DNA of 64,000 nt from Patescibacteria group bacterium. GTDB taxonomy: Bacteria > Patescibacteriota > Microgenomatia > Daviesbacterales > UBA10151. Within the stretch, counting starts at the first letter, position 1; each line of letters begins with the position of its first letter. The translations under genes and the position numbers were made by a program. Below, piece by piece: positions 18,071 to 26,572 of the stretch. Below the pieces are notes generated by a model, which was not told the DNA's origin, searched no databases, and saw nothing but the letters and a program-made list of their open reading frames with translations. The DNA is taken from positions 32,103 through 96,102 of the forward strand of contig CALRFD010000005.1 in NCBI GenBank assembly GCA_943356485.1. The letters are read 5' to 3'.

Positions 18071-19380
18071 TACTGGATCTTTCCTTAAAGAGAAAAATAG
18101 AAGAGGCGCAGTACTATAGTAGTCCAATAAATCAACTATACCATCCTACAGCTTTGTTTGGCGTAGAGTCAAAGGAGATAGTTTACTCCTGGGGAAATTT
18201 AAATCTGACTAAATTTATCCCAATCTTACTTAAAGAGTGGTTTTATTTAATAAAAAAAGACGAATTTTTGGTGATAGATTATATCCCAAATGACATTTGT
18301 AATAGTCAGAAATTAGAAGAATATATGGAGTTTTTATGGAAAGGCAAATATAAGATCATCTATCATGATTTTATTGATGATTATGAATTTAAAAATTTGA
18401 ATGCCGAAAAAATTAAAAACTTCATTTATAAAAAAGAACGTAATGTAAAAAAAGATAAATATTTAAGGTTTATCTGTCAAAAGATTATCTCTTTAAAAAT
18501 TCCAAATGATGAGATTACAAAATGGACTTTTGGAATAATTACTAACGGTAAAAGGGATCATTGGGTGGATAAAATTATTGACTCTATAAAAAAGCAAAAG
18601 ATTCCAAGTTATGAAATTATTGTTTGTGGAAACTATGAAGGAAAAAACGGAATAATCCATATTCCGTTTAATATAAATGATGATAAAGGATGGATCACCC
18701 GGAAGAAAAATTTAATCGTAAAAAGAGCAAAGTTTGAAAATATCTGTATGCTTCATGACAGAATAGTTTTAGGTCTTAATTGGTATAAGGGTATGAAAAA
18801 ATGGGGTAATTGTTTCGAGAATTTAGGCTGTAAACAATTATATGAAGGTATTAGAGTTAATGATTGGATAGCTTCACACTATTTTATCAGGAATAAAAAT
18901 AATGAGAAATTTTCTTTTGAATCTTACCTTGATTATAAAGACTGGTATCCTCAAGTGTGGTTTTTAGGACAATTAAATATCTTTAAAAGAAGTGAAATTG
19001 CCAAAAATAATCTTTGGTGGAATGAAAATCTTTTTTATGGACAGAGAGAAGACTTTGATTTTTCTTTAAAACTATACCAAAAAGGTTTTATACCAAGGCT
19101 TAATATTTTCTCAGAAGTTGAAACATTAACTAATAAATATGTAAATCCTACATTCATTAGTTATAGTTTAACATCCCTTAATCCTAAGATGAAGCTTAAC
19201 AATAAAAATGCTTACTTAAAAGCAGCCACTTACCTGTTATTAAAAATATTGGGTTTGATCGGAATAAGGTTATCTTTTAGCGCACTGGAAAATATCAGAG
19301 GTAAAATATATACTTTTATTCTAATGTTTACCCCAATCAAGTATTCCCACAATAGGGAATGGAAAAAGGTTATAAAATGA
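18067..19380 (+). CDS. Hypothetical protein; C-terminal half possibly a GT-A-like glycosyltransferase domain
   Basis: I recognise no hallmark motif. YEIIVCGNYEG and QREDFDFSLKL are reminiscent of GT-A DxD/acidic motifs. The C-terminus is hydrophobic. It overlaps both neighbours. Confidence 0.35.
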   Translation: MILDLSLKRKIEEAQYYSSPINQLYHPTALFGVESKEIVYSWGNLNLTKFIPILLKEWFYLIKKDEFLVIDYIPNDICNSQKLEEYMEFLWKGKYKIIYHDFIDDYEFKNLNAEKIKNFIYKKERNVKKDKYLRFICQKIISLKIPNDEITKWTFGIITNGKRDHWVDKIIDSIKKQKIPSYEIIVCGNYEGKNGIIHIPFNINDDKGWITRKKNLIVKRAKFENICMLHDRIVLGLNWYKGMKKWGNCFENLGCKQLYEGIRVNDWIASHYFIRNKNNEKFSFESYLDYKDWYPQVWFLGQLNIFKRSEIAKNNLWWNENLFYGQREDFDFSLKLYQKGFIPRLNIFSEVETLTNKYVNPTFISYSLTSLNPKMKLNNKNAYLKAATYLLLKILGLIGIRLSFSALENIRGKIYTFILMFTPIKYSHNREWKKVIK

Positions 19381-21125
19381 TTACTATTGGTTTTTATAAG
19401 GGACATAATGCCACAGCCTGTATTTTGAAGGACGGTAAAATATTAGCTGCTGTTTCTGAAGAGAGATTTAATAGAATTAAGAATGCAGACGTTTTTCCAA
19501 AAGAGGCAATTAACTATTGCTTAAATAAAGCAGGGATAAATGGTAAAGATGTAGATTTATTTGTTAGAATTTACGAGCATCCGGAAGGGTATATTAGCCC
19601 AACAGGAGAGGCTAAAAGCCCAAAATTAGTAGAACTAGTCCTTTTTCCTCTACCCTACTTAAAGAAATTTATTTTTCAATTCCCCCCAGTAGGTTTTTTC
19701 CTTAAAGAGACATATGCTTTTTTTTCAGCTAAAATACTTGCCCCCTTTTATCAAAAAATATTTAAGGAAAATATGGCCAGATTTTTAAATATCAGCAAAG
19801 ATAAAATAATTTTTGCTAACCATCATCTGTGTCACGGCTATGCAGCGTATTTTGGTTTTCTGTCTGAGAGTGAAAGGAAAAAGGATCAGCTTGTCATTAC
19901 TTTAGATGGTGAGGGTGACAATATTTGCGGTACTGTTTGGACAGTGACAGATGGTAAGTGGAAAAAAATTGCCGAAACATCAGGAGGAAATTCTATAGCA
20001 ACTTTTTATGGTTTAATTACCCATTTTTTAGGTATGAAAATGAATGAGCATGAGTATAAGGTAATGGGACTGGCGCCTTACGTCTCTTTGGTAGAAATGG
20101 ATAAGATCTATCCTTTTTTTAAAGATTTGTTTTGGGTTGATGATAATCTTTCTATTCATTCAAAATATCCATCAGGTTCTTATCTATACTACTTTGATAA
20201 AGTCCTAATACATCAGAGATTTGATGGTATAGCTGCCGGCGCACAAGCATTGGCAGAAAATTTGGTGGTTGAATTAATTAGCAAGGCCATAAAGAAAACG
20301 GGGATTAAAAATATTGTGCTTTCCGGTGGCTTTTTTATGAATATTAAAGCCAATAAAAAAATCTCTGAGATAGAGGCTGTTGAAAGCCTGACGATTTGTC
20401 CCTCTTCCGGCGATGAATCTGCGCCTTTTGGGGGAGCCTACTTTGGTTTTGAGAGTTTAGGCGGTAAGAGCTTTCAGGGAATTTCTGATTTATATTTGGG
20501 TCCAGATTACTCGGATGAGGATATTGAAAAAGCGATCAAAGAAGACCCCTCAGTTAAAAAATACAGCATAAAAAAAATTGCTGATATAGAAAAAAAAGTT
20601 GCAACTTTATTAGCTGAAGGAAAAATAGTCGGTCGTTTTAAAGGCAGGATGGAGTGGGGAGCAAGAGCGTTGGGGGATAGATCAATCCTGATGGATCCAA
20701 GCAGAGTTGATTTAAAGCAAGAGTTGAATGAACAAGTAAAATCAAGGGATTTTTGGATGCCTTTTGCGGCAACTATTTTGGATGAATGTCAAAAAGAGTA
20801 CATTATTAATCCTAAAAATATTAAAGCTTTTTATATGGCAATAGGGTTTGATACAACTCCAAAGGGTAAAAAAGAGTTGGCTGCCGCAGTGCACCCCTAT
20901 GATTTTAGCTGCCGCCCTCAAATATTAAGAAAAGAAGATAATCCTGATTATTATAAATTGATTAAGTATTTTAAATCACTGACAGGAATAGGAGCATTGC
21001 TTAATACTTCATTTAATTATCATGGGGAGCCGGTCGTTTGCAGTCCGCAAGATGCTCTGCGTACGTTTGAGGTTACCAACCTAAAGTATTTGGCAATAGG
21101 AAACTATTTAATGTCCAAAAAATGA
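19377..21125 (+). CDS. Carbamoyltransferase (NodU/CmcH family), second copy
   Basis: MITIGFYKGHNATACILKDGKILAAVSEERFNRIKN matches the carbamoyltransferase N-terminus. I placed the start at ATG 19377, an ATGA overlap with the upstream stop at 19378-19380, rather than at 19359. Confidence 0.85.
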   Translation: MITIGFYKGHNATACILKDGKILAAVSEERFNRIKNADVFPKEAINYCLNKAGINGKDVDLFVRIYEHPEGYISPTGEAKSPKLVELVLFPLPYLKKFIFQFPPVGFFLKETYAFFSAKILAPFYQKIFKENMARFLNISKDKIIFANHHLCHGYAAYFGFLSESERKKDQLVITLDGEGDNICGTVWTVTDGKWKKIAETSGGNSIATFYGLITHFLGMKMNEHEYKVMGLAPYVSLVEMDKIYPFFKDLFWVDDNLSIHSKYPSGSYLYYFDKVLIHQRFDGIAAGAQALAENLVVELISKAIKKTGIKNIVLSGGFFMNIKANKKISEIEAVESLTICPSSGDESAPFGGAYFGFESLGGKSFQGISDLYLGPDYSDEDIEKAIKEDPSVKKYSIKKIADIEKKVATLLAEGKIVGRFKGRMEWGARALGDRSILMDPSRVDLKQELNEQVKSRDFWMPFAATILDECQKEYIINPKNIKAFYMAIGFDTTPKGKKELAAAVHPYDFSCRPQILRKEDNPDYYKLIKYFKSLTGIGALLNTSFNYHGEPVVCSPQDALRTFEVTNLKYLAIGNYLMSKK

Positions 21126-22195
21126 ATAAAGAGCAACCTTTAGTCACCGTATTAGTACTGACTTATAACAGATGCGATCTGCTTAAAAACTGTTTGGATA
21201 GCGTTTTAGCGTCTGATTATCCTAATCTAGAATTTATTGTTTCCGATAATGGTTCAACTGAGGACATAGAAGGTTTTGTTAAAGAAAATTATTCTAAAAA
21301 AGTGATTAACCAGTTGATACAAGTTGTTAGATTAAAACAAAATAAAGGATTAACCGGAGGTTTTAACTACGGATACAAGTTTTGCAAAGGCAAATACATA
21401 ATGATTTTAAGTAACGATACTAGACTTAAAAAAGATGCAATTTCAAAGATGGTAGAAATGGTTGAAAGTGATCCGACAATTGGAATTATTTCCCCTAAAA
21501 TAATTCAGATGAAGGATCCTCTACATTTTCATCATGCAGGAAGTTTTATAACTTTTTCAGGTCTTTTGTACCACTACGGGTTGCTGCAAGATATAAATGA
21601 TAAAAAATATCAGAAAAGCTACTATGTTTTTAGCTGTAACGGGGCGGGTTTTTTAATACGTAAAGAAGCGGCGGAGAGTTGTGGTTTATTTGAAGAGGAT
21701 TTTTATATTTATTATGAGGAGAGTGATTTGTCCCATAGAATCTGGTTAGCAGGATATAGCATTGTTTATTGTCCTAGCGCTTACCTTTGGCATCTTTGGG
21801 GAGCAACAATGGGAGCAGGACCTGAGATCTGGTACTATAATCATAGAAACCATATAAGCTCTTTTATTAGAAATTTGTCCCTACCTTACCTTTTTTTAAT
21901 GCTTTTAAATTTTAATTTATTGCTTATATTTTGGTTTATTTTGTATTCTTTGCAGTTAAGGTTTGATATAAGTATTGCACTTCCTAAAGCTTACCTTTGG
22001 CACTTAATGCATATTAAACAAACACTAAGAAAAAGAAAATTTATACAAAATAAGATTAGAAAAGTATCAGATAAAGAAATCTTTGAAAAAACTTTAGTAT
22101 CCCCGGGTTGGAGATATTATTTTATACACTTAAAGCTAGCTTACCAGGATATTGAGTTACCCAAAAGAGTATTATATCTGGAGAAAAAGAAATGA
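21122..22195 (+). CDS. GT2 glycosyltransferase
   Basis: It carries VTVLVLTYNRCDLLKNCLDSV...FIVSDNGSTED and a hydrophobic C-terminal segment. ATGA overlaps occur at both ends. Confidence 0.8.
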   Translation: MNKEQPLVTVLVLTYNRCDLLKNCLDSVLASDYPNLEFIVSDNGSTEDIEGFVKENYSKKVINQLIQVVRLKQNKGLTGGFNYGYKFCKGKYIMILSNDTRLKKDAISKMVEMVESDPTIGIISPKIIQMKDPLHFHHAGSFITFSGLLYHYGLLQDINDKKYQKSYYVFSCNGAGFLIRKEAAESCGLFEEDFYIYYEESDLSHRIWLAGYSIVYCPSAYLWHLWGATMGAGPEIWYYNHRNHISSFIRNLSLPYLFLMLLNFNLLLIFWFILYSLQLRFDISIALPKAYLWHLMHIKQTLRKRKFIQNKIRKVSDKEIFEKTLVSPGWRYYFIHLKLAYQDIELPKRVLYLEKKK

Positions 22196-24333
22196 AATCA
22201 ATTACCCGGGATTTAATAATTTTAACCAGCCTTTGTTTAATACTGGTATTTTTATGGTTTTCAAAAGGGTTAATTTTTGCCGGAGGAGAGGAAGGAATTC
22301 CTTTTTATGATTTAAATAAAACTACAGAATTTGTTTCATATTCCTGGCAGGATGTTTCAGCAGGTTACCCAACGCAGCTTCTTTTAAATAGAATTCCTTA
22401 TTTTAATTTTCTAAAGCTTTTTTATCTGATGGGTTTTCCCGGATTCTTATCACAAGCCTTGCACTTTTTCCTTATTATGAGTTTTGGTGCCATCTCTTTT
22501 TATTTTTTACTCAGAGAGACGATACAAAAAGAATTGGCTGTAAAAGATGAAGCTTTTAAATTAGTATCTTTAATCGGTGCTATTTTTTATTTACTTAATC
22601 CTTTTTCAATGACTCAAATTTGGGGGAGGGGACTTTATTTGCAATTTTTCCCCTTTGCTTTATTCCCGTTTTTTTTATTAATGTTTATATTAGGTCTTAA
22701 GGGCAAAAATTTTATCTATGGTTTGCTGGGTTTGTTTGCATCAGTTTTTTTTGCGGGGTCTTTTGGTAATCCTACTTATATTTTCTCTTTATGGATCCTT
22801 ATTTTTATCTACCTTTCTACTTACCTGTTCATTAATCGAAATAAAAAAGAAGCAATATTTGCTATTGGTTACTTCTTATTTATGATGATTGGTTGGTTAA
22901 TAGTTCAAATTTGGTGGATCTATCCTTTTCTTAAAATTTCATCAAACCAATTTAGTTCTGCTTTGAATAATTGGGATGAAAATATAGGAACCCTGAAAGG
23001 GATTAGTAAAGACTATAAAATATACAGTCTTCTAAGATTGATTCATGAAGGCTATTATTTTAGAGATCAGATGTATGGAAGTATATATTTGTCAATCCCG
23101 TTTTTTTTACTGAGCTGGATAATTCCAGTTGCCTCAGCTTTTTCTTATAAAATTCTTAAAAGAAGTAAGTTCTTTTTATTTTTTGCCGGGTTGTTTATAT
23201 TTTCTTTATTTATCTGTTCAGGTTCTAACTTACCTGCTGGTAAGCTGTTTATTTTTATATTCAGAATTTTTCCTCCCTTCCAGGCTTTCAGAAATCCTTT
23301 TGAGAAATTTGGTCTGGTTTTAACTTTGGCCTATGCGCCTTTTTTTGCAATAGGAAGCATAGTTTTATCGCAATATTTAAATAAAATATCTAAAAAATTT
23401 GGACAGAAATTATATTTATCGGGAATATTATTTTTAGTTTTTGGAGTTTTTCTCTGGCCTTTTTGGGTTGGTCAGTTTGCAGGAGGAGTTAAAATCAGCC
23501 CCTGGATTAAAGTGCCGGAATATTACAAACAAGCGGATGATTGGTTAAGCAGGCAGGGGGATGATGGAAGGATAATACATCTTCCGATAAATCCGGGTGA
23601 TGGATTGCGGTATAGCGGTTGGGATTATCCTTATCAGGGGATAGAGCCGGGGGAATATATATTCAGCAGGCCTTCTATCGGTAAAAATGGTCAGCAGTTT
23701 AAGCTTTACTACAACGTGTTGTTGCAAAGATTTAATAATTTTCATAAAGGATCCTATGGTTCTGATCCGGATATAACAAATTCTGAGTTTAAAAGTAAAG
23801 AGTTATTTGAAGAATTAGCAAAGTTAAACGTAAGATATATTATTTTACACCGTGATATTAATCCGGAGATTGGACAAGTCGGTTCCTTTGAAAATGTGGT
23901 TTCTTATTTGCAAAATCAAAAAAATATTAAGAAGATTAATACTTTTGGTAAACTTGATTTATACAAAGTGGAAATACCTGATGAAATTCATTTAATTTAT
24001 TCACCCAGTGTTGATTTGAAATATTCCAAAATTAACTCAACTTTATATAAAATTAATTTTCATAATGTTAAGAATCAGTTTAGCCTATTCTTCTTAGAAA
24101 ATTTCGATCCTAATTGGGAAATAAGTATTGATGGTCAAAAAATTGAAAATCATGAAAGAATATTTTCTTATGCTAATAGCTGGAAAATAAAAAAAGTAGG
24201 CACTTTTTCAGCTGTTTTAAGATATAAGCCACAGGATTATATGAATGAGGGAATGAACATAACGAAAACAGCAGTATTACTTGGAGTTTTTATCTGTGCC
24301 GGTTATTTTTTAAACAAAGGAGTTAGGAAATGA
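22192..24333 (+). CDS. Large polytopic membrane protein, GT-C-like (YfhO/AftD-like architecture); smallest member of the 4-gene paralogous family
   Basis: The N-terminus has GGEEGIPFYD (compare GGGDVGLPSYD in the paralogs). Other shared motifs are NPFSMTQIWGRG (compare NPYMMIQIWHRF), FRNPFEKFG and IIHLPI, plus a C-terminal TM anchor. It is 713 aa and directly follows a GT2 gene. Confidence 0.5.
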   Translation: MKSITRDLIILTSLCLILVFLWFSKGLIFAGGEEGIPFYDLNKTTEFVSYSWQDVSAGYPTQLLLNRIPYFNFLKLFYLMGFPGFLSQALHFFLIMSFGAISFYFLLRETIQKELAVKDEAFKLVSLIGAIFYLLNPFSMTQIWGRGLYLQFFPFALFPFFLLMFILGLKGKNFIYGLLGLFASVFFAGSFGNPTYIFSLWILIFIYLSTYLFINRNKKEAIFAIGYFLFMMIGWLIVQIWWIYPFLKISSNQFSSALNNWDENIGTLKGISKDYKIYSLLRLIHEGYYFRDQMYGSIYLSIPFFLLSWIIPVASAFSYKILKRSKFFLFFAGLFIFSLFICSGSNLPAGKLFIFIFRIFPPFQAFRNPFEKFGLVLTLAYAPFFAIGSIVLSQYLNKISKKFGQKLYLSGILFLVFGVFLWPFWVGQFAGGVKISPWIKVPEYYKQADDWLSRQGDDGRIIHLPINPGDGLRYSGWDYPYQGIEPGEYIFSRPSIGKNGQQFKLYYNVLLQRFNNFHKGSYGSDPDITNSEFKSKELFEELAKLNVRYIILHRDINPEIGQVGSFENVVSYLQNQKNIKKINTFGKLDLYKVEIPDEIHLIYSPSVDLKYSKINSTLYKINFHNVKNQFSLFFLENFDPNWEISIDGQKIENHERIFSYANSWKIKKVGTFSAVLRYKPQDYMNEGMNITKTAVLLGVFICAGYFLNKGVRK

Positions 24334-25511
24334 ATTTCATAATTATTGCAATGACAGCCCAAGGGGAAGGGATTTCCGGTTGTGATCGGATCTCTGTTGA
24401 ACTTTCTAAAAGATGGAGTAAGCAGTATCCACTGACTGTTTATTTATGGGAAGAAGGTTACAAGATGTATAAAAGACAACATTTAAGTGATAAGGAAGTA
24501 GAGTTTAAGATAATTGATATGAATCCCTGGAAAAAGATGGGATTTTTTATTAACTATATTGCTGTTATTCTTTCCTCCATTGTTTTTGCCCTAAATCTTA
24601 AATTAAAAGACGCGAAGGAAACTATAGTTTACTCTGCTTCTGAATTTTGGATGGATTCTTTGCCCGGTCTAATTTTGAAAATCAGATTTCCAAGAATTAC
24701 CTGGGTTGCTACCTGGTTTCAAACAGCACCTGATCCGCTGACTGGTTTTAAGGAAGGAGACAGGGCTCTTTCTTACAGGCTGCATGCTTTGCCATATTGG
24801 TTTGTGCAGTTACCGATAAAACCTCTTATTAAAAAATTTGCCAGTCTTGTTTTGGTCAATAACGAGTTTGAAAAAAAAGAATTTCCCCAGATGGATAAAG
24901 AGCAAAAAGTGAAAGTAGTTTTGGGAGCAGTTGATTTAACCTTAATTAGTAAATTTGCCCGGAGGTTTAAAAACGAAAAAAAGATTTTTGACGGAGTTTT
25001 CCAGGGGCGCTTTCACCCACAAAAAGGAGTAGTGGAATTAATAGATATTTGGAAGTTAGTAGTTAGTAAAAAGCCGGATGCAAAACTGGCTTTAATTGGT
25101 GACGGTCCACTTATGGCGGATGTTAAAGAAAAAATAATTAACTTAAATTTACAAAAAAATATTGAACTTTTTGGTTATGTATTTGATGGGTTTAAGAAAT
25201 ACAAAATATTTTCCCAAAGCAAAATAGTATTGCATCCGGCCTTTTATGATTCGGGCGGAATGGCTGCTGCTGAGGCTATGGCTTTGGGTCTCCCGGCAAT
25301 TGGCTTTGACCTGACATCTTATAGGTCTTACTATCCTAAAGGAATGGTAAAAGTTCCTGTTAATGATTTATTGAATTTTGCCCAAACCGTGCTTGATTTA
25401 TTAAAGGATAAAAAATTATACTCAAAAATAGCAAAAGAGTCACGCGAGATGATTTTTAAAAATTGGTCCTGGGATAAAAGAGCAAAAGAAATATTGGAAT
25501 ATATTAAATAG
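24330..25511 (+). CDS. GT4 (GT-B fold) glycosyltransferase
   Basis: The C-terminal domain has GGMAAAEAMALGLPAIGFD, an EX7E-like donor-binding motif. It is 393 aa. Confidence 0.75.
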   Translation: MNFIIIAMTAQGEGISGCDRISVELSKRWSKQYPLTVYLWEEGYKMYKRQHLSDKEVEFKIIDMNPWKKMGFFINYIAVILSSIVFALNLKLKDAKETIVYSASEFWMDSLPGLILKIRFPRITWVATWFQTAPDPLTGFKEGDRALSYRLHALPYWFVQLPIKPLIKKFASLVLVNNEFEKKEFPQMDKEQKVKVVLGAVDLTLISKFARRFKNEKKIFDGVFQGRFHPQKGVVELIDIWKLVVSKKPDAKLALIGDGPLMADVKEKIINLNLQKNIELFGYVFDGFKKYKIFSQSKIVLHPAFYDSGGMAAAEAMALGLPAIGFDLTSYRSYYPKGMVKVPVNDLLNFAQTVLDLLKDKKLYSKIAKESREMIFKNWSWDKRAKEILEYIK

Positions 25512-25512
25512 T

Positions 25513-26415
25513 ATGAAAACAGGAGTATCAATAGTTATACCCAGCTTTAACGGCAAAAAATTTATTTTTAGGTTGTTAAATTCTATCAAAGAGCTAAATT
25601 ACCAAAATATAGAAACTATTGTTGTAGATAATGGGTCAAAAGACAAGACTTTAGCAGAAGGGCAAAAGAGATATAAATGGGTAAGATGGGTTGATGGCGG
25701 AGAGGAAAATATCGGGCAAACAGGTTGTTATAACCTGGGTTTTGCTTACGCTAAAAAAAACAATCATATTCTTTATTGCGACGCAGATGTGGTCTTGGAA
25801 AAAAATATGGTTAGTAAGCTAGTGGAAAAAATAGAATCAGATGATAAAATCGGCGTTGTAACTCCGATGATCCTTTATTTATCAGATAAAAATTGGGTGA
25901 ATCAGGCAGGGGCAAATGTTGATTTAATAACAGGCAGAGTAAAGGTGGGTTGGGGGCCAAAAGAGAATTTTTTAAAAGCTAAGGTTGTACAAAATTCAGG
26001 TACGGTAATGTTATTTAAAAATTCTGTAGTTAAAAAAATAGGCGGTATGGAGGATTGGTTTATGTGTTATTTTGATCCGGATTATTGTTTAAGAGCCAAA
26101 AAGGCGGGTTTTGACACCTGGTATGTACCTGAGGCAATAGCCTTTCATGACCAGTCAAAAGATCCCAAAGTTTGGCGACCAAGAGTTTTAGGCAGGGCGT
26201 ATCTTTTAGGCAGAAACAGAGTGTTGTTTATAAGAAAACACGGTAATATCTTTACCTTTTCAATCTTTTTACCATTGCTTTTAGCTTATTACTTAATTGA
26301 GGCGATAAGATTTGGGCAGTTTGGAAATTTTTTTGAACTTTTTTGGGGGAGTATTGTAGGTTATTTTTATCCTTTAAATTCCGGCTTGTACATTCCTTTA
26401 CCAAAAATTAAATAA
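25513..26415 (+). CDS. GT2 glycosyltransferase
   Basis: It carries VSIVIPSFNGKKFI...IVVDNGSKDKT and DAD. Confidence 0.8.
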   Translation: MKTGVSIVIPSFNGKKFIFRLLNSIKELNYQNIETIVVDNGSKDKTLAEGQKRYKWVRWVDGGEENIGQTGCYNLGFAYAKKNNHILYCDADVVLEKNMVSKLVEKIESDDKIGVVTPMILYLSDKNWVNQAGANVDLITGRVKVGWGPKENFLKAKVVQNSGTVMLFKNSVVKKIGGMEDWFMCYFDPDYCLRAKKAGFDTWYVPEAIAFHDQSKDPKVWRPRVLGRAYLLGRNRVLFIRKHGNIFTFSIFLPLLLAYYLIEAIRFGQFGNFFELFWGSIVGYFYPLNSGLYIPLPKIK

Positions 26416-26572
26416 CTGTTGTAGTTAAATTTTCATTTACCAAAAAATTAAGTTCAAAATTGGGGATTTAATTTTTCTGTAAAATGATATATTAATAGAT
26501 CTGCTTAAATTATGAAGTGTATTCCAATAAAGCTTCACTATATAATACAGCGGGAAGATTTGGTTTCATTTA

